A stretch of DNA of 44,567 nucleotides, taken from assembly GCA_018400815.1 (NCBI GenBank), contig JAGYLS010000008.1, positions 1 to 44,567 of the forward strand. Reading direction: 5' to 3'. The notes beneath the pieces are model-generated. The model searched no databases. It was not told the DNA's origin and was given only the letters and a program-made list of their open reading frames with translations. This DNA comes from Candidatus Oleincola secundus (GTDB lineage: Bacteria; Atribacterota; Phoenicimicrobiia; Phoenicimicrobiales; Stramentimicrobiaceae). Both the position numbers and the translations under genes were made by a program. Positions 1 through 8,148 of this stretch are shown piece by piece; the stretch's first letter is position 1; every line of letters begins with the position of its first letter.

Positions 1-449
1 TCTGCCAGCGTAGAAGGTAATAAATTAACACTTGAGCGACCTGGAACATTATATACCACTGCCGGGATATTAACTTTATCTACAATAGTCTTAAAATGCA
101 TATAAAGACCTTTTTGAGTAGGTTTATTATAATAGGGCATTACCAGCAAAACACCATCAGCCCCTATATCCTTAGCAGTAGAGGTAAGGTCAATAGCTTC
201 TTCAGTAGAATTTGACCCGGTCCCCGCTACTACCGGCACTCTCCCGCCAACTGCTTTCACAGTTAATTCTATTACTTTCTTATGCTCTTCATGGCTTAGG
301 GTTGGAGATTCTCCCGTAGTCCCACAGGGGACAATACCATCAGTCCCGTTTTTTATATGAAATTCAACCAGTTTCTTTATTCCTTGTTCATCAATTTGAT
401 TATTTTCATCAAAAGGCGTAATTAAAGCCACAAGTGATCCATTAAACAT
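1..449 (-). CDS. dapA: 4-hydroxy-tetrahydrodipicolinate synthase (5' part; runs off the window start; absent from the ORF track)
   Basis: Manual translation from ATG at 449 with an AGGAGG RBS upstream: MFNGSLVALITPFDENNQID...CGTTGESPTL...AGTGSNST...PYYNKPTQKGLY...YNVPGRS, all DHDPS motifs; last gene visible in the lysine operon. Confidence 0.95.
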   Translation of the reverse strand, partial: MFNGSLVALITPFDENNQIDEQGIKKLVEFHIKNGTDGIVPCGTTGESPTLSHEEHKKVIELTVKAVGGRVPVVAGTGSNSTEEAIDLTSTAKDIGADGVLLVMPYYNKPTQKGLYMHFKTIVDKVNIPAVVYNVPGRSSVNLLPSTLA

Positions 450-513
450 TTTACAGTCCTCCTATTAAAATTTTTCTAATTTCTTATTCCAATCACTATT
501 TATTAACATATTA

Positions 514-1752
514 TCAAGTGGTAATGCCTATTTCACCAAGCGAATGACTAACCAATTGATAGACAATATCTTTATTGCACCAGGAAACAAATATTAAGAT
601 ATCGGTTTTTATAGTCGTCATTTCCAGAATGTTGATGTTATTCTCGGCCAAGGGACGAGTAATTCTCTCGATAATCCCCGGCGTTTCAATAAAATTTCTA
701 CTGCTAACTACGATCAGGGCAATATCTTTCTTAGATGTAACTGATTTTAATTTTTCATTTTTTAATACAGAATAATGCACTAAATCATAAGCTTTTTTAC
801 AATACTTTTCAGATACATAAATACCAATATACTGAAGCCCCATGGCTATACTTTGTATACTAATCTCATATTTTGACAATGGTGTAATTATTTCCTTTAA
901 AATACCAGGGGTTTCTAATATCTGTTCTCCTATGATAGTCAATAAACAGAGTTTTTCTTGAAAAATATTAACTTTACTTGAGTAACTGCCTTCTATCTCT
1001 GTCCCGGGAGAGTCCAAATCTCCATTTTGGAAATGAATTATTTTTGCTTTCATTTTACTTTTTTTATATTTTAATGCCCTGGGATGCAATACCCTTGCAC
1101 CGCCTTCCGCTAAAATTCCCATCTCTTCCACGCTTATTCTTGGAAGCGTTTCTACTTTTTTAATTATCCGGGGATCAGCAGAAGATACACCAAGAGCATC
1201 TGTAACAATAATAACTTCATCAGCATGAATAAAATTAGCCAGGGCAAAGGCTGTAACGTCACTACCCCCTCTACCCAATGAAGTGATTTGTCCATCCTGG
1301 TTATTCCTACCTAAGAAACCACAAACAACCGGAATAACCTGTTGTTCCAACAGTGGTTCTAAATATTGTCTACATTGCTTTTTACTCTGTTCAGAGATAA
1401 TACCTGCCTCCAGGTAATCCGAATCAGTAATGATGGGAAATTCTTCCTTTGAAGGATCAAAAGCCACTGCTTTCATACCATTTGCTTTTAAGGAAGAAGC
1501 AAACAATTGGGCACTCATTCTTTCGCCAAAAGATATAAAATCAGCATAATCTTTTTGTTCAAAGCTGGATTTTGTCGAATCAGAAAGCAAAGAAATGAGA
1601 CGGTCAGTCGTATCACCCATTGCTGAAACGACCACTAAAATTTCAATATCTTCATTTATTTTCTTAGCAATCGATTGAACTGCCTCATTGATTCTTTCCG
1701 AATTTTGAATACTTGTTCCACCAAATTTAACTACAATTCTAATTGCAATCAC
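514..1752 (-). CDS. lysC: Aspartate kinase with C-terminal ACT domains
   Basis: VVKFGGTS, VVVSAMGDTTD, GERMSA, LGRGGSD and ADPRI motifs; two ACT-like repeats (ETPGI). Exact start uncertain (GTG 1752 or an ATT a few codons downstream). Confidence 0.93.
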   Translation of the reverse strand: MIAIRIVVKFGGTSIQNSERINEAVQSIAKKINEDIEILVVVSAMGDTTDRLISLLSDSTKSSFEQKDYADFISFGERMSAQLFASSLKANGMKAVAFDPSKEEFPIITDSDYLEAGIISEQSKKQCRQYLEPLLEQQVIPVVCGFLGRNNQDGQITSLGRGGSDVTAFALANFIHADEVIIVTDALGVSSADPRIIKKVETLPRISVEEMGILAEGGARVLHPRALKYKKSKMKAKIIHFQNGDLDSPGTEIEGSYSSKVNIFQEKLCLLTIIGEQILETPGILKEIITPLSKYEISIQSIAMGLQYIGIYVSEKYCKKAYDLVHYSVLKNEKLKSVTSKKDIALIVVSSRNFIETPGIIERITRPLAENNINILEMTTIKTDILIFVSWCNKDIVYQLVSHSLGEIGITT

Positions 1753-1817
1753 CTCAAATCAATACAATTTAGTTAAGACTATTTTATTTACTTGTAATTT
1801 CTTTTCCATTTTTTAAC

Positions 1818-2026
1818 AATAAATATCGCACCCTCATAACGGGTGGCTTTAAGAACCTCTAAAAGAGGTTTAACTTTTTACCACTTTTTAGCTCTTTTTC
1901 TTTCGATTTTTTATTTAACCTTTAGCTATAATATTTCTAAGCAATCGTACTTCCAACTTTGGACTTCAGGTGAAAAATTGTCATCTAGCTACTCTTAATC
2001 TTTTTATAGTAAAACCCATTTATTTA
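1818..2026 (-). mobile_element. ~250-bp hairpin-ended repeat (putative IS200/IS605-derived non-autonomous element), copy 1, long part; interrupted by the group II intron
   Basis: Near-identical to 7509-7715 and 21357-21555 (TAAATATCGCACCC...GGGTGGCTTTAAGAACCTCT...CTTTCGATTTTTTATTTAACCTTTAGCTATAAT...TCATCTAGCTACTCTTAATC...TATTTA). Similarity stops at 2026 and resumes at 3891. Confidence 0.85.
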
Positions 2027-3890
2027 ATCGAGTAGGAGGTAAATAATTAATTTATCTACCGTCCCCTCACACCACCGTACGTACCGTTCGGTATACGGCG
2101 GTTCACAAAGCACTACGAATTTCACAATAACGATTTGTCAGGCTCATAAGCCTAAGGTTAGCCCAATAGGCATTTGGTAGAGCACTATTTAAAGAATCCC
2201 CAGCGATATGCCAGAAGGCTTTGCGGGTATTGGCTAAACTTAGCGCTTTCCAGTCTGGCAGTCGTAATTGAATCAGTTTTCGATATCTGGTACGAATCTT
2301 CTTCCACTGTTTCCATAAACACATCCGTAATCTTCTTCTCATCCAGCCCTCGATTCTTGTTAGGACATAGAAAGTATCAGATAGAGAGAAGTATTGTATC
2401 CATCCTCTTAAGTAGGTATTAAGTCGTAAGATTCGTTGGTTGATATTCTGTCCATTACTTCTGGAGGTAATTTCCCGAATCTTCCTCTTACATCTTTCGA
2501 TGGCCTGGGGAGCAATGCGAATACGGATACGCTCCTGATAGTGATACAGATTAAAACCCAGGAACTTTCTTTTATCCGATACATCTACGGCACTCTTTTG
2601 TAAATTTACCTTTAATTTCAATCTTGCCTCCAAGAAAGCAGTGATACTTTCCATAACCCTTTGGCCTGCCCTTTTGCTTTTAAGGTAGATGTTGCAATCG
2701 TCGGCATATCGTACAAATTTATGGCCTCTTCTTTCCAGTTCCCTATCCAGCTCATCTAAGAAGATGTTGGCCAATAGAGGGCTCAGGGGACCACCTTGAG
2801 GTGTGCCTTTTTGGGTCTGTACTTTTACTCCGCTTATCATTACTCCTGATTGAAGGTAGAGACGGATTAGTTTTAGTATTCTTTTGTCTTTTATCTTACG
2901 GGCTACTCTGGCCATAAGCATATCGTGGTTTATACGATCAAAGAATTTCTCTATATCTAAATCTACTACCCACTGGTATCCTTCTTCCAGGTATTGTTTT
3001 GCTTTTCTTATGGCATCGTGTGCCTTTCGATTTGGACGAAAGCCGAAACTAAAGGGAGAAAATCCAGGGTCAAAGATATCGGTCAGTATTTGCAAGAGGG
3101 CCTGTTGGATAAGTCGGTCAATGACAGTAGGTATCCCCAATAGTCTCTCTCCTCCGTTTGGTTTAGGAATTTCTACCTGAAGAACGGGTTGAGGTTTATA
3201 GTCTCCTTTTAGTAGTTGTTCTTTGATGGATAACCAGTTTTGACGAAGATAAGGTTTGAGTTCTGCTACAGTCAGGTTGTCGATACCCGGAGCTCCTTTA
3301 TTCTGTTCTACCCTTCTTAATGCCTTTAGCATATTTTGTCTAGACAATACCTCCTCCATTAAATCGTTATTCTGTTCTCCGTGGGATTTATCTTTGGTTT
3401 GTACCGGATACATATTCGGCTCTCCCTGATTAGTCGGCAGCTGCACCGCTTTCTTTTCAGGGTAGACTCTCTTGGTATGAGTTTTCTGCCTTCTTGATAT
3501 GTTTCTCGAACTTACCATGTTCATCCCTCACTTCATGTTCAGCCCTTCAGATACCACTCAATATTACTGAGTGCCATCCTAATATGGCTTTTGCTGACTT
3601 CTGACATATTAATATGTCAGACCTCCCTGGGTAAGAATAATAGCCTTCACCCCATCTACCTGCTACATCTACCACACAATCTTTTGGCAGTATTGGACTT
3701 TGTTTTGAGATGCAAACTCATCCAAATTGTATGGCCTTATATATAGTTCGTATACCTCAGGCCAGGGTTTTGCCGCTGACTTCCTTCAGATTCCACCTCG
3801 CGATGGACACCCTTGTCTTAAGCTAATGGTTGCTACTGCCAACCCCATAGCAGACTTTCACTGCCAAGCTATTACTCATGCTAGGCACAC
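2027..3890 (-). mobile_element. Group IIC self-splicing intron/retroelement, full length (1864 nt)
   Basis: Minus strand begins GTGTGCCTAGCATGAG (3890) and ends CCTCCTACTCGAT (2027). IIC-type domain V GAACCGCCGTATACCGAACGGTACGTACGGTGGTGT with CGC triad at ~2069-2104. Boundaries confirmed by empty-site copies: removing 2027-3890 restores ATTTA|ACCATTACCACC. Confidence 0.96.
2103..3524 (-). CDS. ltrA: Group II intron reverse transcriptase/maturase (class C, no endonuclease domain)
   Basis: GAPGID, IPKPNGGERLLGIPTVIDRLIQQA, DLDIEKFFD, GTPQGGPLSPLLANI, RYADD and X-domain RGWIQYF motifs; no HNH tail; stop abuts domain V. The second ATG (3518) is better spaced from the GAGGG RBS. Confidence 0.96.
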   Translation of the reverse strand: MNMVSSRNISRRQKTHTKRVYPEKKAVQLPTNQGEPNMYPVQTKDKSHGEQNNDLMEEVLSRQNMLKALRRVEQNKGAPGIDNLTVAELKPYLRQNWLSIKEQLLKGDYKPQPVLQVEIPKPNGGERLLGIPTVIDRLIQQALLQILTDIFDPGFSPFSFGFRPNRKAHDAIRKAKQYLEEGYQWVVDLDIEKFFDRINHDMLMARVARKIKDKRILKLIRLYLQSGVMISGVKVQTQKGTPQGGPLSPLLANIFLDELDRELERRGHKFVRYADDCNIYLKSKRAGQRVMESITAFLEARLKLKVNLQKSAVDVSDKRKFLGFNLYHYQERIRIRIAPQAIERCKRKIREITSRSNGQNINQRILRLNTYLRGWIQYFSLSDTFYVLTRIEGWMRRRLRMCLWKQWKKIRTRYRKLIQLRLPDWKALSLANTRKAFWHIAGDSLNSALPNAYWANLRLMSLTNRYCEIRSAL

Positions 3891-3934
3891 ACCATTACCA
3901 CCTTCTTAGAAGGTGGTTTTTTATGGTTAAATAA
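3891..3934 (-). mobile_element. Repeat copy 1, terminal palindrome (5' exon of the intron)
   Basis: ACCATTACCACCTTCTTAGAAGGTGGTTTTTTATGGTTAAATAA, matching the ends of copies 2-4 (7716-7758, ~13690-13732, 21556-21597). Confidence 0.88.
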
Positions 3935-3962
3935 ACATTGGAATAGTTTTGCTATCATAAAA

Positions 3963-5141
3963 TCATACTTTATTATTGTTAAAAATTTCTGCTTTCTTCA
4001 GCCTGTTAATCGCTTCTTTTAGCCTTGGCACATCAACGGTCAAAGCAATTCGCACATATCCCTCACCATGTTGACCATAGCCAATGCCAGGAGTCACGAT
4101 AATGCCGGTTTTATCTAAAATATGGTTCGAAAAATCAATCGCATTCATACGATTGGGCGTGGGAACCCAAACATAAAAAGTTGCTTTAGGCGGCTTAATA
4201 TTCCAGCCTAATTGATTCAATCCATCTACTACAACATTACGTCTCTCGGTATACATATTAATTAATCTGGGAATATGGTCCTGAGGACCAGACAAAGCAG
4301 TAATTCCGGCTTCCTGGATTGCCTTAAAAATACCTGAATCAACATTAGTTTTTATAATAGAAAGAGCTGATACCGCCTCAGAACTACCAACAGCAAAGCC
4401 AATTCTCCAACCGGTCATATTGTAAGTTTTTGATAGTGAGTGGAACTCCAAACAAACATCTCTAGCCCCATCTATCTCTAAAAAACTGGGTGCCTGGTAT
4501 CCATCAAAAGCCAACTCTGAATAAGCAAAATCATGACAGATTAAAAGATCATATTTCTTGGCAAAATCTACGACTTCTTTAAAATATTCCTTGTTGGCAA
4601 TAGCACCGGTAGGGTTGTTTGGATAATTTAAAAAGATTAATTTCGCTTTCCTGGCTATTTTTTCATCTATTTTATCTAAATCAGGAAGATAACCATTTTC
4701 TTCCAATAAAGGCATATAATATGGTTCTCCATTGGCAAATAATGTCCCTGTTTTATAAACCGGATAAGCAGGGTCAGGGATGAGACTAATATCACCAGGA
4801 TCAATAAAAGCAAGAAATACATGAGCAATTCCTTCTTTTGATCCTATTAAAGAAATAACTTCTTTTTGTGGGTTCAAATTGACACCAAACCTTTTCAGAT
4901 ACCAATCAGAAACCGCAGACCTAAATTCTTTAGTACCTTCATAGGGTGGGTAATCATGTGTTTTGGGATCTCTGGCACTTTCTGCCAGTTGATTAATAAT
5001 ATGTGCTGGTGTAGGTTGATCAGGGTCTCCAATTCCCAAATTAATAATATCTACACCTTTCTCTATAGCTGCCTCTTTTTTTTTGTCGATTTCCGCAAAA
5101 AGATAGGGTGGCACTTTTTGGATTCTTTGGGCAATTCTCAT
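3963..5141 (-). CDS. dapL: LL-diaminopimelate aminotransferase
   Basis: Class I PLP aminotransferase (PPYLFAEID, LGIGDPDQPTP, GSKEGIAH, NYPNNPTGA, SLSKTYNMTGWRIG); lies directly downstream of dapF in the lysine operon. Confidence 0.92.
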   Translation of the reverse strand: MRIAQRIQKVPPYLFAEIDKKKEAAIEKGVDIINLGIGDPDQPTPAHIINQLAESARDPKTHDYPPYEGTKEFRSAVSDWYLKRFGVNLNPQKEVISLIGSKEGIAHVFLAFIDPGDISLIPDPAYPVYKTGTLFANGEPYYMPLLEENGYLPDLDKIDEKIARKAKLIFLNYPNNPTGAIANKEYFKEVVDFAKKYDLLICHDFAYSELAFDGYQAPSFLEIDGARDVCLEFHSLSKTYNMTGWRIGFAVGSSEAVSALSIIKTNVDSGIFKAIQEAGITALSGPQDHIPRLINMYTERRNVVVDGLNQLGWNIKPPKATFYVWVPTPNRMNAIDFSNHILDKTGIIVTPGIGYGQHGEGYVRIALTVDVPRLKEAINRLKKAEIFNNNKV

Positions 5142-5217
5142 TTTTGTATTCTCCTTTCTACTTTGTAACTTGTTATCTAAAGTCAGACAATTCTTCTGCT
5201 ACTTACGCTATTTAAAC

Positions 5218-6081
5218 TTATTCGATATAAACCGAGCCATGAAAGACACTATCTGCCGGACCGGTCATATAAACATGTTCATCATTATCCCATTGAATTC
5301 TTAAATCTCCTCCTTTTAAATGAACAATTGCATCTGGTTGAATAATTTTGTTGAGCACACCAGCAACAACCGCAGCACTGGCTCCAGTTCCGCAAGCCAA
5401 GGTCTCACCTACACCGCGTTCCCAGACTCTAAAATTAATTTCGTATTCATTTAAAGGTTGAATAAATTCAACATTGGTTTTATCGGGGAAGAAATGATGT
5501 TTTTCTATTATGGGACCAATTTCAGTTACCGGGAAATTGTCCACATTTTCTGTAAAGATTACACAATGCGGGTTACCCATAGAAACACAGGTTATCTTAA
5601 AATCTTTATTTTTGTTCAATGTTAAGTTTTCATTTATAGCCCGCTGATCAGGATTTCCGAACATGGGTATCTCTTTTCTTGTCAAATGAGGCTTACCCAT
5701 ATCTACCTTGACTCCCTCAATAATATTTCTATTTTCCTTGCTAAAAATAAGCTCCGGTACAATTTCTCCTGCCAGGGTTTCTACCGAAAATTTTTTTTTG
5801 TTTATCAATTTATTTTCATAGGCATATTTGGCAAAACAACGAATTCCATTTCCACACATCTGAGGTTCGCTGCCGTCAAAATTAAATATTCTCATCCTTA
5901 AATCAAATTTATCAGAAGGAAGTACCAGTATTAAACCATCAGCTCCAATTCCAAAATGGCGCTGACAAAGTTTTTTTGCTAATTGATTAAAATTAACCCT
6001 ATCAGGAATTTGCCCGGAATAAAAATCCATTATAATAAAATCATTCCCAATACCATGCATCTTGACAAATTTTGTTTCCAT
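5218..6081 (-). CDS. dapF: Diaminopimelate epimerase
   Basis: KMHGIGNDF, MCGNGIRC, SMGNPH and ERGVGETLACGTG motifs. Confidence 0.97.
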   Translation of the reverse strand: METKFVKMHGIGNDFIIMDFYSGQIPDRVNFNQLAKKLCQRHFGIGADGLILVLPSDKFDLRMRIFNFDGSEPQMCGNGIRCFAKYAYENKLINKKKFSVETLAGEIVPELIFSKENRNIIEGVKVDMGKPHLTRKEIPMFGNPDQRAINENLTLNKNKDFKITCVSMGNPHCVIFTENVDNFPVTEIGPIIEKHHFFPDKTNVEFIQPLNEYEINFRVWERGVGETLACGTGASAAVVAGVLNKIIQPDAIVHLKGGDLRIQWDNDEHVYMTGPADSVFHGSVYIE

Positions 6082-6142
6082 AGATAACTCCCTTTTTAAC
6101 TTTTTCCACTCTAACTAATTTAATATTCCAAACTAATCACAA

Positions 6143-7474
6143 TCAATCTAACCAGGAAGGTAAAATCTGATTACGAATAATGTCCTTGTAAGTCTCACCT
6201 TTTACAATTAATCCATGTCTGCCCTGGTTGACAAGAACAACTGGTGGTCTGGGAATTCCATTATAATTGCTGGCCATAGAATGATGATAAGCTCCGGTAG
6301 TAAAGAAAATGATTAAATCTCTACTTTCTGCTTTCGGTAATTCAATATTTTTTATTAAAATATCCCCGGATTCACAGTACTTACCGGCAATCGTAACAGA
6401 TTCAATAGCTTTTTGATTAAGTCTATTCACTATTAGTGCTTCGTACTTTGCATCATATAGACTCGGTCGCGGATTGTCAGCCATACCTCCATCAACAATA
6501 AGATATTTTTTTAAAGCAGGGATTTCTTTAATTGCTCCAATTCGATAAAGAGTAACACCGGCCTCTGCAACAATCGACCTACCCGGTTCAATTAAAATCT
6601 TTGGTAAAGAAACATGATGCTCCCGAGATAGTTCTTTTATTTTTTTAATAATATTGTTAACAAAAACTCTGATTGGAACAGGTTCATCCTCACAGGTATA
6701 TTTAACTCCTAACCCGCCTCCCAAATTAAGATTATTTGTTTTGACTTTAAATTTCTCCTCAATTCTTTTAATAACCTGGATCATTTCAACTATTGCCTGA
6801 AGATGATATTGAACTTCAAGAAGTTGGGAGCCAATATGACAATGTAGTCCTTTATAAATAAGATTTTCTTTTTTTAGAACTATTGGAAATATTCTTTCCA
6901 ATTCTAAAATTGGAAAACCAAACTTTGAGTCTACCTGACCGGTCCTGATTTTCTCATGTGTGTGTGTATCAACACCTGGAATCACCCGAATCATAATATT
7001 TACCTTTTTATTTAACTCTTTGGCAATATCATTAACTAAATTTAATTCATATAAATTGTCAATCATGATAGTGCCGATATTATTATCTAAAGCAAATCTG
7101 ATTTCATTTTCCGATTTATTGTTACCATGAAAATAGATTCTTTCTGCCGGAAAATTTACAGATAATGCAGTATAAATCTCTCCTCCAGAAGAAGCGTCGA
7201 TACCTATCTTTTCTTCAGCTAATATCTTACAAAGCGCTTTTACCAAAAATGCTTTACCTGCATAGATAACTTCATAATCAACTTCATTACTTTCAAAAGT
7301 TTTGGTATATTCCTGGCAATTTTCTCTAATTATTTTCTCCGAATAAATATAACATGGGGTATTATATTCTCGAGCAATGTCTTCAATACCCACTCCTTCA
7401 AACATTAATTTAGCATTCTTATCTAAACCAAAACCTCTTCTTTTAATCATCTCCTGTACAGAAGCACCAGCCAT
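6143..7474 (-). CDS. lysA: Diaminopimelate decarboxylase
   Basis: YAGKAF (PLP Lys), HGNNKS, HCHIGSQ, GGGLG, EPGRSIV, CESGD and GAY...MASNYN motifs. Confidence 0.96.
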   Translation of the reverse strand: MAGASVQEMIKRRGFGLDKNAKLMFEGVGIEDIAREYNTPCYIYSEKIIRENCQEYTKTFESNEVDYEVIYAGKAFLVKALCKILAEEKIGIDASSGGEIYTALSVNFPAERIYFHGNNKSENEIRFALDNNIGTIMIDNLYELNLVNDIAKELNKKVNIMIRVIPGVDTHTHEKIRTGQVDSKFGFPILELERIFPIVLKKENLIYKGLHCHIGSQLLEVQYHLQAIVEMIQVIKRIEEKFKVKTNNLNLGGGLGVKYTCEDEPVPIRVFVNNIIKKIKELSREHHVSLPKILIEPGRSIVAEAGVTLYRIGAIKEIPALKKYLIVDGGMADNPRPSLYDAKYEALIVNRLNQKAIESVTIAGKYCESGDILIKNIELPKAESRDLIIFFTTGAYHHSMASNYNGIPRPPVVLVNQGRHGLIVKGETYKDIIRNQILPSWLD

Positions 7475-7508
7475 TCAATTCCTCCTTAAATATAAACATA
7501 TAATTCAA

Positions 7509-7758
7509 AGTAAATATCGCACCCGCATAGCGAGTGGCTTTAAGAACCTCTAAAGAGGTTTAACTTTTTAGCTATTTTTAGCTCTTTTTCTTTCGATTTT
7601 TTATTTAACCTTTAGCTATAATATTTCTAAGCAATATAATTTCCAACTTTGACTTCAGGTAAAAAATTGTCATCTAGCTACTCTTAATCTTTTTATGGTA
7701 AAACCATTTTATTTAACCATTACCACCTTCTTAGAAGGTGGTTTTTATGGTTAAATAA
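7509..7758 (-). mobile_element. Hairpin-ended repeat copy 2 (intact, empty intron site)
   Basis: Full-length match to copies 1 and 4. Ends: TCGCACCCGCATAGCGAGTGGC plus AACCTCTAAAGAGGTT hairpins, and the TTTATTTAACCATTACCACCTTCTTAGAAGGTGGTTTTTATGGTTAAATAA palindrome. Confidence 0.88.
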
Positions 7759-7794
7759 AAAAGCAATCAATAAGCGCTGAGCCCATCGATTGCT
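7757..7794 (-). terminator. Intrinsic terminator, expression platform of the lysine riboswitch
   Basis: Minus strand AGCAATCGAT-GGGCTCAGCGCTT-ATTGATTGCT followed by a T run. CATCGA just 3' of the aptamer P1 could pair with TCGATG as an antiterminator. Confidence 0.8.
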
Positions 7795-7844
7795 CTAAAT
7801 AAATAACAAAGCTTTCTTTTTACCTCCCTCTTATCTCTTCTCGA

Positions 7845-8026
7845 TGAGATAGCGCACCATCAGAAACCGGGAGTTGCTTCTGATGACAGTACTATGATTG
7901 TTGACCATAGTCCCAGCCTGAATATTAGAGCAATATTTTTCAGGCTTCGGCGAAGACCCCTTTCCTGATAAATCATTGCAGCTCAGCTCATTATCAGTAC
8001 TCTTGATCGTTCGCGCCTCTACCCCA
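7845..8026 (-). ncRNA. Lysine riboswitch (L-box) aptamer
   Basis: Minus strand GGGGTAGAGGCGCG...GAGTA...GGAAAGGGG...CGCCGAA...CTGGG...ACTGTCA...GCGCTATCTC, the conserved L-box elements in order, upstream of lysA. Confidence 0.95.
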
Positions 8027-8071
8027 CTTCAGATAAAAAGTGAGGCAATTCAATATTTAATTGTTATAAAC

Positions 8072-8099
8072 ATTTTAACAATAATCCCTAAAAAGTCAA
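8072..8099 (-). promoter_or_regulatory. Putative sigma70/sigmaA promoter of the lysine operon
   Basis: TTGACT-16 nt-TAAAAT with a TG extended -10, about 45 nt upstream of the riboswitch. Confidence 0.6.
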
Positions 8100-8148
8100 A
8101 TAAATATGCTCACTTTTGTTAATATTTTAATTTAGATAACCTTTTTCT

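Noticed and set aside
1937..1984. Mini-ORF MTIFHLKSKVGSTIA inside the repeat (minus strand)
   Set aside because: No RBS, frameshifted in copy 2 and deleted in copy 3; no recognisable transposase similarity.
2103..3524. RT as a retron, DGR or defence-associated RT
   Set aside because: It is enclosed by complete group II intron ends and domain V and has a maturase domain; no template/variable repeat pair or msr-msd was seen.
3727..3909. 60-aa plus-strand ORF, and ORFs 2174-2422 and 2884-3180
   Set aside because: Antisense to intron domain I or to the RT gene; these are shadow ORFs of conserved intron sequence.
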